From the NCBI GenBank assembly GCA_965242865.1, contig CBDETK010000013.1, positions 1,472,001 through 1,536,000 on the forward strand: a DNA stretch of 64,000 nucleotides. Direction: 5' to 3'. The notes beneath the pieces were generated by a model. It made no database searches and had not been told where the DNA came from. It saw nothing but the letters and a program-made list of their open reading frames with translations. This document shows positions 27,163 through 36,703 of the stretch, in pieces. The position numbers and the translations under genes are program-made. Within the stretch, counting starts at the first letter, position 1; each line of letters starts with the position of its first letter. This DNA is from Candidatus Latescibacterota bacterium (GTDB lineage: Bacteria; Latescibacterota; UBA2968; UBA8231).

Positions 27163-30100
27163 CTACCGGAAAATCTCGTCAAGACGCCAAACGAGTCTGA
27201 GTGCGTCCGGCCAGCCTGTTTTGGCGAAAATATCCAATAGGTTCAACAGATCCTCCAAGCTATCCCCTTCGCGTACTTCGCTCCGGTGGTCGGCGAGGAC
27301 AGTCTCGACTAATTTGACAACCTCCGTAACTGCGAGGGAATCGAGATTGTAACCAGACGGTTCACTTGAACGTGCGACTCCCGCCGCTAAATGCAAGACC
27401 TCTTTTGGATTACAGCTTAGAAAACTTGCTAGAAGCTGCATAAAACGGTGTGCCGTCGGTGCGAACATGACGCCATTTTCTTCATCTCGTGCGAAATCAA
27501 TGATCCGCTCCATAAGCGGCTTTACTTCGTTATAGAATCGACAGCGCAACTTATCCGGGATTTTCTCTGCTGGTTTCTTAGAGGTTTTGTTTTCGTATGC
27601 AACCTCAAGGTAGAGATCCATAACCACTCCATCAATGACTTGGTAGGTAGCATGTAATTTTTTTTGTTCTTCCTTGGTGTTACTGAAGGTCTTACACAAT
27701 TTTTGAATTGCGGGAGAAACAGCATCAACCGCTTGCTCTAACCATTTAATAGCCCGTTGAATTTTTTTGCGTCCTTCAGAAGTTTCGAGGTTCTTCGGGA
27801 CGACATAATTTTTTATGACATAAGACACAGCGCGATTTAGGGGATTGGCGAATCGGACAGGATCGCTTAAAAAGGTATCTTTGATTGTTTTTAATGACCA
27901 TGAATTTTCACGGTCGATTGCCAGCCACATCAACAAAGCAATAAGCGAATCTTTTGGATCTGCACTCTCTGGCAGTATGCGCTTGAGCATCTTATCCATG
28001 ACATGGATTGTCTTATCTTCATTCTCTTTCTTCAATGCGGCGACTTTAGTCAACGTATAGTAGAGGTACTTTTGTACGACGTGAGTCCCTTCATGAGTTG
28101 CCCTATACTCTACGATTTTCCAGAATTTTTCGGGCTCTTTATCGTAAATTAGGAACAATTCCGTAGCTGCTACCATCCGAACAGAGGACACAGGGTCACT
28201 GGCAAGAGATTCGATTGCGCCTAACATCTCCGCATCAGGTCGCCGAGCTGCGAACCTTAGCAGGCCTTGGACAGCGTCATGCCGTGGGAATGGAGAATAC
28301 ATAGGAGTATTGGATTGAGCATTGCTTGAATCTGGCTTGGGCAGTTCGTGCCTTGCAGCTTCTAAAAACACTTGACGACAAAAAGAGAATTGTTTGTCCT
28401 CAAGATTAGAAATTCGACCGAGGATTGCAATGCAAGCCGTCAGTTTATACCAGAGAGAATCAATTACCTTTTTGTCAGCTTTAGTATTCCCCTTTACAGC
28501 GGTGTATGCTTCGTGTAAAGGCGGAAAAATCAACTTGGTAGCTGTCGCATTTGGTACTTCATTTAGCCACTCTGAGTTGAATTTATTGAGAGCTCCGAAA
28601 AGGCGTTGTAGTTCTTGATTTTCTGGTTTAGTTGTGTCAACACCTTGATCTTGAAGCAACATTTCTTCAGAATAGGGCACTCTTGAAGATTTGAAGCTGA
28701 ATAAAGGATCATTTCGGGGCACTTGATCCTTCTGCTCCATTTCTTTCCAGATCTCTTTAGCTTCTTGAGTCTGAATCAAGTCCTTTGATATCCTTGCTAT
28801 GAGCCGGTTTCTTCGTCGTTCAAAGTCTTTGGACTCATCTTCGTTCGTTGCTTCTGAGGGCAGCTCCAAAATGGCATTTTCAATCTGACGTAGTTGATCG
28901 GGCGTAAATTTAGATGCAGCCGCTTCTAAAAATAGACCGAGTTCGTGAAGGACCTCGCGACTCTTTTGTATCGGTTTTGCTATACAAATTTCAAACAAGT
29001 GTGGTGCGAAAACTTCGGGAGACTGAGCCGCAGTCTTTAAGAGTCGTTTCCAGAAAAATGCGACCTGCACGTGATCGCAGAAAACGTCAAGCAGTGAATC
29101 GAGAGAAAAGTCTTTAGACTTGTCTAAATCAGCGATGAATGTAAATAAAGAATCCGCGATTTTGATAGACTCATTGTGCCTAGCCTCATCCCAGATATGA
29201 CTGTTGTCTGGCACAAAGTACGCGGATTTTCCACGAAACTCGAATATCTCCTCCAAGTCTTTCATTGTCCGCTCTTCTCTGAGGTCCCCGACGATATGTT
29301 TTTGAATAATAAAAGAATTTAGGCTTTGGATCGCCGCTTGTGCTGCAACTAACGGCTTTGCCTCAAGAAATCTGGAGAAATGCATTATCAACCGAGATTG
29401 ACAGCTATCGTAGTCTTGGCGACGGTTGCTCGTTAAAGGTAAAACGGGGCCACTACTTAGGCTTGTCTGCTCAGTGCTCGTCTCGGAATACGTGAATACC
29501 GTGCGATAGACCAAGGCGACAAACTTAGGGTCAAAAGTCCAAATTTCGTCAACATGTTCGGTTAGCCACCACAGAAATTTTATTGGGAATTTACTTTCTT
29601 GAGTCAGGTCGAGAACCTTTTTAAGAAGAGGGCGAGATTCTTTGGGATTTGTACCATACGTTTTGGCAACAAGCGGCACCGCCCAAGAACTACCAAACCG
29701 ATTATACCAATCATTGTCACTGGTCTTTCTCTCTTGCCATACCCATCCAAGTAATCGTCGCCCAACTCGTCCACAAGTGTCTCTGATAGTCATGTTCTCG
29801 GTTTTTATCGCTCGCTCAAGAATATCCGAAGTGATGACTGCCAAATCCCAAGCAAAGTCGGCGTGGTAAGGAGGTAAAACTTGATCGAAGAAATCAATCC
29901 AGAGCTCGTCGCGTTTTATTTTAAGTGCCCGGATTGATTGCAAAAGCCGCATCATCGCCTCATTTGCGATAGATTCCCTTTTCTGCAATCTCTCCAAAAG
30001 CGGGGTCAGTTCCGTAGTTTTGCGGGCCTCATTTGCAATAACGCTCGTCGGAATTAAGCGGGCAAATAGACGTAAATGCACAGATTGATTACTTGGTAAA

Positions 30101-31218
30101 ATATGCCAGAAAGTACTCCAGAAATTTTCGGAGGTATTGTACCAGAGACGGGTAAAAAAGTAAGTGAGGCTTGGACGGAGAAAGAGTGGACGAGACGGTT
30201 CTTGAAGCACAAATGATACAAGTTTTTGAGGGCTATCTTCAATGAACAAGATACTGATTGCGTAATCAAAGAGAATGTTGTGAGAAAAGGCAATCCGTTG
30301 TCCAGCCGAAGAAGTCTTGGACAGGATCTCATCGCTCAGGAGAGCGTTCCATGCTGTCAGTCTCGCTTCTTTGTCAAGGTCAAGAGATTCATAAATGTAT
30401 CCCCGTCTGACGGTCAATGAACTTTCCTCAACCATCTGGTGTGCGATCTTTGTGAGGATGAAGCTACGGGCATCTGCATCGTTTGAACCCTCAATCCGTC
30501 GTTGCCAAAACAAATCGAGCAACTGGACTTCAGAACGGATCTGACTAAAATCAGGAACATCCTGTGAAGTCTTTAGGATTTTTTCTAATAGCCAGATATT
30601 GAACGGATTTGCAAGGAGGTTCTTAAAATCCTGAGAACCAGATTGATAGATAGACTCCAGACGTGGAATCTGATTAAAGACTTGTCGAATCTCATCCTCA
30701 TTCAAGGGTGGAATTGTAAAGTGTCGGCATAAAATCTCTTTGCTTTTGCTATAGTATGGAGACAGATCCGTATTATAAGGATTACTAAACAGATCCAAGA
30801 GGTCTTGCGATTTCTTTGCATCGTAAGTCCGTACTGTAACGACAACATTCCATGACTCCTTGAGCTCATGGACTGCACGTCTGATCAGGCGTAGAAAGCG
30901 TTTGCGCGTTTGTTCATTTCGAGCAGCATCGAAGGCGTCAAATAATAAAACCGATTTCTCGCGTGAAGCAGGAACGGACTTCAATTTTTCGATCAGATCG
31001 CCTTCGTAGGACAATTCTTCTTGTAAAGTTTCGCTCTTACCGTCTCCAAGTTGGTCAATCCGCAAAAAAAGATGAGGAGTTTTGTCTGCTTTTAGGCTTT
31101 GGCGAAGCTCTTTCAGTAGATAGGTTTTTCCAACACCAGGACTACCGATAACTACGCCATTTCCTTGAGAAGCAAAATCCTTCAAACTTTTGATCAATTT
31201 TTTTCGATCAATTTTCAT
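27163..31218 (-). CDS. Large STAND/NACHT-like NTPase with helical repeats, Avs2-like, lacking an N-terminal effector
   Basis: Walker A GSPGVGKT within the first ~35 aa, Walker B LLFDAFD, NPF, F.HNILFDY, C-terminal GWPDALRLVWRLDEIFR; lower GC; Avs2 similarity recalled, not searched. Confidence 0.75.
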   Translation of the reverse strand: MKIDRKKLIKSLKDFASQGNGVVIGSPGVGKTYLLKELRQSLKADKTPHLFLRIDQLGDGKSETLQEELSYEGDLIEKLKSVPASREKSVLLFDAFDAARNEQTRKRFLRLIRRAVHELKESWNVVVTVRTYDAKKSQDLLDLFSNPYNTDLSPYYSKSKEILCRHFTIPPLNEDEIRQVFNQIPRLESIYQSGSQDFKNLLANPFNIWLLEKILKTSQDVPDFSQIRSEVQLLDLFWQRRIEGSNDADARSFILTKIAHQMVEESSLTVRRGYIYESLDLDKEARLTAWNALLSDEILSKTSSAGQRIAFSHNILFDYAISILFIEDSPQKLVSFVLQEPSRPLFLRPSLTYFFTRLWYNTSENFWSTFWHILPSNQSVHLRLFARLIPTSVIANEARKTTELTPLLERLQKRESIANEAMMRLLQSIRALKIKRDELWIDFFDQVLPPYHADFAWDLAVITSDILERAIKTENMTIRDTCGRVGRRLLGWVWQERKTSDNDWYNRFGSSWAVPLVAKTYGTNPKESRPLLKKVLDLTQESKFPIKFLWWLTEHVDEIWTFDPKFVALVYRTVFTYSETSTEQTSLSSGPVLPLTSNRRQDYDSCQSRLIMHFSRFLEAKPLVAAQAAIQSLNSFIIQKHIVGDLREERTMKDLEEIFEFRGKSAYFVPDNSHIWDEARHNESIKIADSLFTFIADLDKSKDFSLDSLLDVFCDHVQVAFFWKRLLKTAAQSPEVFAPHLFEICIAKPIQKSREVLHELGLFLEAAASKFTPDQLRQIENAILELPSEATNEDESKDFERRRNRLIARISKDLIQTQEAKEIWKEMEQKDQVPRNDPLFSFKSSRVPYSEEMLLQDQGVDTTKPENQELQRLFGALNKFNSEWLNEVPNATATKLIFPPLHEAYTAVKGNTKADKKVIDSLWYKLTACIAILGRISNLEDKQFSFCRQVFLEAARHELPKPDSSNAQSNTPMYSPFPRHDAVQGLLRFAARRPDAEMLGAIESLASDPVSSVRMVAATELFLIYDKEPEKFWKIVEYRATHEGTHVVQKYLYYTLTKVAALKKENEDKTIHVMDKMLKRILPESADPKDSLIALLMWLAIDRENSWSLKTIKDTFLSDPVRFANPLNRAVSYVIKNYVVPKNLETSEGRKKIQRAIKWLEQAVDAVSPAIQKLCKTFSNTKEEQKKLHATYQVIDGVVMDLYLEVAYENKTSKKPAEKIPDKLRCRFYNEVKPLMERIIDFARDEENGVMFAPTAHRFMQLLASFLSCNPKEVLHLAAGVARSSEPSGYNLDSLAVTEVVKLVETVLADHRSEVREGDSLEDLLNLLDIFAKTGWPDALRLVWRLDEIFR

Positions 31219-32263
31219 CGTCGCCAATTCCCCTTTCCATGAGTTTATTCACTTGTTCCAGCCAATCCAATACATCTTGGGACTTACTCTGCGGTACAAT
31301 AGATGCCGGAGTCTCAACACCACACGCCTTGGCGATTTCAGTGACAATATTATCCAAATTCTGATGCGATCCGTCCAAATCCTCATAGAATACAGTCTCG
31401 ACACCATACTCTCTTCTGAGTCCTGTCGCTTTTGTTTTTGAATTCTCTGCACCGTCAGGAGAAATACTCGTGATTGTAAAATAAATGGATTTATTCCATC
31501 GCCGTAAATCCTCACTGACAGTTTCTAATATCTTGTTGAGATAGGGGTCGTTCATGCTGAAACCAAGAAAAACGACCTTACAGGTTGCGAAGACTGCCCA
31601 AAGTAATTTGCGATGGAGTTTCAATTCAGTTTCTTGCTGTCTGTTTTCATTAGTAAGATCCAAACCATAAGCGTGTTTGTAGTCTTCAATACTCAAAATT
31701 ATACTGCTTGGAGGATCAAATTTTCCATGTAAATGTGCAATACGTCGTGTCAAGTTACCATCATTCATTGCTCTAAGAAATTCATCAACTCGATCGGCAG
31801 ATCCACTATCAATAACCAAGGAGTTATCGGTAGCAGACAACGGCTCAATTTCAGCCAATGCGGTTTCGAGCACTGTATCATAGTTTGTCGTCAAGATTCC
31901 TCTAAAGGGTAACCGGACCAGCGTTTTGTGTAAATTATCAACTGGATAATTTTTAGGCTTAAATAAGTCATAAAGCAAAGCCTCATATCTTTCCTTTTTA
32001 TTTTTGGAGATGTGTGATTTAACATCTTCAGCATATTCTAATGGATTTTCTTTACGTCTTATATCATCTCTCTTAAAATCGTCACCAGCTAAGTCCTCCA
32101 ATTTCTTCAGAAGACCAGACCAATCCACGTAGCCCACACGGACACTACTTCCTGCCCCGACGATGAGTACAGCCTCTTCTGAAGCAACAAATTTAATCAG
32201 CTCACGTTTGCGCTCATCGTTTTCTTTTAGTTCTTCCGAGTTGAAAATTTCTTGATCGTTCAC
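31208..32263 (-). CDS. SIR2-like (SIR2_2) NADase effector
   Basis: VGAGSS, TTNYD, HLHG, FLGFSMND. Confidence 0.9.
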   Translation of the reverse strand: MNDQEIFNSEELKENDERKRELIKFVASEEAVLIVGAGSSVRVGYVDWSGLLKKLEDLAGDDFKRDDIRRKENPLEYAEDVKSHISKNKKERYEALLYDLFKPKNYPVDNLHKTLVRLPFRGILTTNYDTVLETALAEIEPLSATDNSLVIDSGSADRVDEFLRAMNDGNLTRRIAHLHGKFDPPSSIILSIEDYKHAYGLDLTNENRQQETELKLHRKLLWAVFATCKVVFLGFSMNDPYLNKILETVSEDLRRWNKSIYFTITSISPDGAENSKTKATGLRREYGVETVFYEDLDGSHQNLDNIVTEIAKACGVETPASIVPQSKSQDVLDWLEQVNKLMERGIGDDEN

Positions 32264-32284
32264 GTAAGGCTTCCTTAAAATTTA

Positions 32285-35200
32285 TTATGTAACAGATTCT
32301 TGTGCAAATTCCCCCAACTCCGGCAACCCCTTCACGATCTCCACCGTCTCCAAACTCACCGCGATCACCTTGCCGATCAGTTTGACGATGTACCGCGGCT
32401 CGTCCGATCGATTCGGATCATTGACGATGCCGCTTCGTTTGTCTGTCTTGATGCGATACTGGTCGATGACCCATTCCAACGCCGAGCGATTCCCGAGTTG
32501 ATAGTCATAAGTTTCTGGTGGAATCCCGTCGAGCGTCAAGAAGTCGTTGTACTGGAGCCGCGTCTTGTCTTTGGACAACCGCATTTTCTCCACGCGCCAG
32601 TCGAGCGGCATGTCTGAATTTTCGATGAAGTTGAGCCGATATTCGGGTTGGGCTTCATAGCCGACGTGGATTTCTGCTAATCGCGCCCCCGCTTTGGCAA
32701 ACGTCCAAAATGCCGCGTTGTCCGTTTCAGCATTTGGGATGGGGGCGTCCGCGGTCATCGGGACAGAGGTATCTACGGTCGTTGGGACAACCCCCTGTGG
32801 TTGTCCCTGTCCCTGTGTATCCGCGGCCGTCGGAACAGGGGTATCCGCGGTCGTCGGAACAGGGGTATCCGCGGTCGTCGGAACAGGGGTATCCGCGGTC
32901 GTCGGAACAGAGGTATCCCCGGCCGTTGGGACAACCCCCTGTGGTTGTCCCACAAACGGAAGGCGCGGCAAGTCTCGCTTTAGATTGGCTTGGTATCGCG
33001 TCCGGTATTCGGGGTGGTGGAGCAGGGCGTAGATGTAGTGGAAGATGGCCCATTTGTCGATGGTGTCGTCTTGGTAATGCGAGCGGAATTGGGCCAAGGC
33101 CCAGTCGGTGATGTTCTCGCGGCGATTGCTGCCGTCCTCGTCGTAGGTGTAGAAGGGGAAGCATTGGGCACCATCAATGGATGTTAGCGTTAGACAGGGA
33201 ATTATGTCGGTGCAAAAACACCAATAATCAGCACGTCCTCCGGCACTTGGAACAATAATTACCCAATTCTCCGTTTCAGCCTTTTGTTTAGGAAAAATGG
33301 ATGGAAACACGGATACTACATCGTTCATCATTCTGTCAAAGTAGAGGTTTGATTCCGTGAATGGGCGATAAAGTGATGTCCTCACTTTGTGGTCGGCATA
33401 TTCGGCCATTCGCCTTCGCTTCAACTTTGCCTTTAAGTCCCGACTCCACTTAATTTTCTTATCATCGGAAATCACAAAGTCATCTACGTTCGCATCTCGA
33501 TTTGCTCGTCTTTCCCACTTGAGCACTTGCTCATTGTAGGTGTCAGTCATCCGTTCCATGTTTTCGGCGAGTGCGTTTCGGTTGAAGTTGTAAGCCCATG
33601 CATCCCGAGCGGTATTGACACCGGGACTATAAAGTTTGAAAATCACATCCACCGCCTCGCCTTTTCCTGCCTTTGATTTCTTACTCCCTATCGGGACAAA
33701 GGTATCAAACTCGGCATGGAGTCCTTCTGTGAGCCATGTGTGTTGTCTGTCCGGCGTTATCGGTTTCCATTCGACGTTGCGGTAGTGTCCCTTTGAACCG
33801 AGATAGCGATACTTTTCTTCCTTGCGCCAGAACTCGTCAACGCGAGCGTAGAAAATTTTGGCAGGGGAATCTGCACTGTCTTTCTTCTTGACGAAAAAAT
33901 TGATGCTCACGCCGACTTGGATTCCAAAGACATTGTGCGTCGTGCCGGAGAGCTTTGGATTTTTGCGAACATTCCCACTCAAATCGAGAATGTAAATCGC
34001 GTCAAAATCATCTGCGAGGTGCTTTCGCATTCCGTCAAATGCCATGCCGTCGAGGAACCCGTTGTTCGTTACCAGCGCGACAACGCCTTCATCGTCGATC
34101 CGATCCGATGCCCACCGAATCGCCTTTACATAAGGGTCTTGTAGGTATCTTTTCAGCGTCGCCTTCGAGTCTTTGGCATACGTCTCCGCAACCCGCTTAT
34201 CCATAGTCTCGTACTTCCGGTTCTTGTTATTATCATTCTCGTTGACCTGTCCTGCATTGTAAGGCGGGTTGCCGACAATCACAAACATTTCCGTCTTCTT
34301 CTGCCGCTTAACCCGCGCCGTATTCTCTTCGGTAAACAACCCTAACTGATGATCCTCAGCCAATTCAAACGTATCGACCAAGCACAGCCCTTCATACGGC
34401 TGATAACGCCCCGTCGTCTCGTAAAACTCGTGCTCGATGTTCATAGACGCGATGTAATACGGCAACAGCATCACTTCGTTGCAGTGCAGTTCAGACGAAT
34501 ACTTGTCCTCCAGCGCAGTGCGGCGAATCTCCCGCATCATGCGGACGATGAAATTGCCCGTGCCGACAAATGGGTCAATGATGTGAACGCCCGCGTCCGA
34601 AAGCGAGCGGCCAAACTCAGTCTGCAAAATCTGCTCGACGCTTCGCGCCATAAAATCGACAATCGGCTGCGGCGTATAGACAATGCCGTGCGTATCGGCA
34701 ACCGCCACGGAAAAGCCCTGAAAAAACTGCTCATAGACCGTGTTGAGGAAGTGCTGCTTTTGCGAAAAGTCGTCAATCGTCGCGGCCGTGCGCTCGATAG
34801 CAACATAGAAGCGGTTGAGACTGTCGAGAAAATCGCGGCGATTAAACGACTGCGAGGTGAGCGCGTCGATGACCTTCTCGATCTCGTGGGCAATGACGTT
34901 GCGGCGCGTGAAATCGGGATTGCTGAACACCGTGCGAAAAATCCGCTCGGTCAACAGATGCTGAACGAGCATCTCCTCGACCGCGGCTTCGGACAGATTG
35001 GGATTGATGGTGTTCTCCCGCTCCCGCTGGATCAACGCCGCCAACCCGCGCCCAATGTCGGGCACCTTGTCCTTGAACTGGCCGACCGCCTCATCCCATT
35101 CGGCAATCGCCGGCGGTCGGTGCGAAAAAAAGGCTTCAAGCGTCTGAACGAGTTGCGCGGGATCGGTCAAATCGGCGTCGAGAACGGGCGCGTCATTCTG

Positions 35201-35563
35201 CCACAAGATCGCTCGTTGCGGCGTTTGAAAGAGGATGTTGTCGCTGGGATACCCGGCCGCAAACTTGCGCTCCACTTCGGCAGGCAAGTCATCGTCCGTG
35301 TCCTTAGCCTCCCAATAGCCGTGCGGCAAGTTGAACTCGTCGATCAACGCGCCATCGACGCGAATGCGCCTGTTCTGAGGAAGCGCGATAGAATGCTCCG
35401 GCACGAGCGTCCACCGAAACGGCTTCCCACACGTTTCGAGCAACGATTGAAACGCCGAGCGCACCGCAGTCTCATGCGCGACGCCGAGCCGCTCAAAGGC
35501 ATTGAGCGATTCGTAGTACGCCGCAATGGACTTGTGCGTAGGCTTGAGGTTGAGGGTCGGCAT
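32285..35563 (-). CDS. Single-chain restriction-modification enzyme (N-terminal nuclease, N6-adenine MTase, type ISP-like specificity domain; no helicase)
   Basis: RVDG...YWEAKD, YTP, DPFVGTG, GNPPY, YRPF, NITDWAL, SALEWVIDQY. Confidence 0.88.
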   Translation of the reverse strand: MPTLNLKPTHKSIAAYYESLNAFERLGVAHETAVRSAFQSLLETCGKPFRWTLVPEHSIALPQNRRIRVDGALIDEFNLPHGYWEAKDTDDDLPAEVERKFAAGYPSDNILFQTPQRAILWQNDAPVLDADLTDPAQLVQTLEAFFSHRPPAIAEWDEAVGQFKDKVPDIGRGLAALIQRERENTINPNLSEAAVEEMLVQHLLTERIFRTVFSNPDFTRRNVIAHEIEKVIDALTSQSFNRRDFLDSLNRFYVAIERTAATIDDFSQKQHFLNTVYEQFFQGFSVAVADTHGIVYTPQPIVDFMARSVEQILQTEFGRSLSDAGVHIIDPFVGTGNFIVRMMREIRRTALEDKYSSELHCNEVMLLPYYIASMNIEHEFYETTGRYQPYEGLCLVDTFELAEDHQLGLFTEENTARVKRQKKTEMFVIVGNPPYNAGQVNENDNNKNRKYETMDKRVAETYAKDSKATLKRYLQDPYVKAIRWASDRIDDEGVVALVTNNGFLDGMAFDGMRKHLADDFDAIYILDLSGNVRKNPKLSGTTHNVFGIQVGVSINFFVKKKDSADSPAKIFYARVDEFWRKEEKYRYLGSKGHYRNVEWKPITPDRQHTWLTEGLHAEFDTFVPIGSKKSKAGKGEAVDVIFKLYSPGVNTARDAWAYNFNRNALAENMERMTDTYNEQVLKWERRANRDANVDDFVISDDKKIKWSRDLKAKLKRRRMAEYADHKVRTSLYRPFTESNLYFDRMMNDVVSVFPSIFPKQKAETENWVIIVPSAGGRADYWCFCTDIIPCLTLTSIDGAQCFPFYTYDEDGSNRRENITDWALAQFRSHYQDDTIDKWAIFHYIYALLHHPEYRTRYQANLKRDLPRLPFVGQPQGVVPTAGDTSVPTTADTPVPTTADTPVPTTADTPVPTAADTQGQGQPQGVVPTTVDTSVPMTADAPIPNAETDNAAFWTFAKAGARLAEIHVGYEAQPEYRLNFIENSDMPLDWRVEKMRLSKDKTRLQYNDFLTLDGIPPETYDYQLGNRSALEWVIDQYRIKTDKRSGIVNDPNRSDEPRYIVKLIGKVIAVSLETVEIVKGLPELGEFAQESVT
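32781..32951. repeat. Two REP palindromes (gttgggacaaccccctgtggttgtccc) flanking a 24-bp tandem repeat (4 copies plus a partial)
   Basis: REPs 32781-32807 and 32925-32951; unit gtatccgcggtcgtcggaacaggg at 32817, 32841, 32865, 32889. Confidence 0.9.
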
Positions 35564-35606
35564 GGTATTATGGATCGGTGGCTGCGGCTTATAGTTCCAT
35601 TATTAA

Positions 35607-35883
35607 GGAAGCTCTGATTAAGTCTAATTTTAGAAGGCTTGTATCTTCGGTTTGCTTTTGTTAAATTCCCCTCTGTCCAAAAGGCTCTATTTCGCGGTGT
35701 ATTTTTTGCTCTTTGTTGCTTCAATCAATTCGGGACGGATTCGTTCTTAGGCGGTCCGGAGTTGCCTCCGGACAAGGTATAAGTTGGCGAGCGCAAACAA
35801 GGTAACGAGTTGAGCGGTATTGTTGGCTAAGCCTCGATAGAGTACCGTACGATAGCCCCAGCGGTGCTTGATGATACCAAACT
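35607..35883 (-). mobile_element. IS5-family remnant: terminal repeat plus transposase C-terminus
   Basis: GGAAGCTCTGATTAA (35607-35621) preceded by TTAA; FGIIKHRWGYRTVLYRGLANNTAQLVTLFALANLY resembles IS5 transposase C-termini. Confidence 0.8.
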
Positions 35884-36329
35884 TGGATATCTTCCACCGG
35901 CCGAGCAACGTGATGGAAGAACAGCTCAGCATGTTCATTCGCTAGTGCCCGAGTGAGATACCAGTCAATCACGCTATCATTTTCATTCCGTAGATTACAT
36001 GTGGTAATCATGAGTTCCTCAAATTGTTCAGCCACTAGGACAGCCATCGTGGCCTCCTTCAATCGTGCATAAGCTTCAAGTCTTCCCCAGTGATCCCAAT
36101 TCGCTTTACCGAACTGGTTTTCTACGACGAGGGTACCCTTTTCGCCAACGGCAACGATGTCTGCTCTGCGTGATCCAACGTTAGCTTCCCTTTCCACACC
36201 ATCTTCAGACATGCCCATATTGAGCACGTCAAGTATGTTGAGCGCATCAAGATTACCCGCAAGATCGTCTGAGAACTCCTCTTATGAAGAATAGACTTCC
36301 GACAGCAGAATCAGTTGTTGCAAGTTCAT
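35884..36329 (-). pseudogene. Disrupted PD-(D/E)XK nuclease-like gene (DUF4268/NucS-like)
   Basis: AGGAG RBS, ATG 36329, in-frame TAA at codon 16, RRADIVA...VVENQF motif, truncated by the IS5 fragment. Confidence 0.6.
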
Positions 36330-36379
36330 TGCGTTATACTCCTGTTCTAAGGTTGTGGTACGGCCTGATTTAGGTTTAT

Positions 36380-36394
36380 GGAAGCTCTGATTAA
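36380..36394 (+). mobile_element. Second IS5-type end, direct orientation
   Basis: GGAAGCTCTGATTAA identical to 35607-35621. Confidence 0.65.
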
Positions 36395-36655
36395 ATCTAA
36401 TGAACAACTGAACAACCTAAATACGCCCGAAATTTACTTCCCACGCTGAGTCGTGTCAAGCAAATCAAGCCGTGAAAAGTAATCGCTTTTTCCGCCTACT
36501 TCGGCCCGGTGCTGTGGCTTGGATACCGTTCCTAATTCACTGCCGGTAAACGAGCAAGTGCTACCGAAAAGCGGACGGATAGTTCGCCTATAATTCGGTC
36601 GCCGCCCAGACCCCGCCTCCTTCCGCGCTTGAACCGCCCTCGCCGCTGCCATATC

Positions 36656-36683
36656 TTGACAGCCGCTCGTCTCATGCTATAGC
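36656..36683 (+). promoter_or_regulatory. Putative promoter TTGACA-N16-TATAGC with extended -10 TG
   Basis: Lies 20 nt upstream of ATG 36704. Confidence 0.45.
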
Positions 36684-36703
36684 CAAAAGCCAAAGCGAAT
36701 TCC

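Noticed and set aside
31200-31230. Programmed frameshift fusing SIR2 and the NTPase
   Set aside because: No canonical slippery heptamer seen; an ATG with a plausible RBS supports translational coupling.
32817-32912. 24-bp repeats as iterons or CRISPR
   Set aside because: Contiguous with no spacers, inside a coding frame, and no rep gene nearby.
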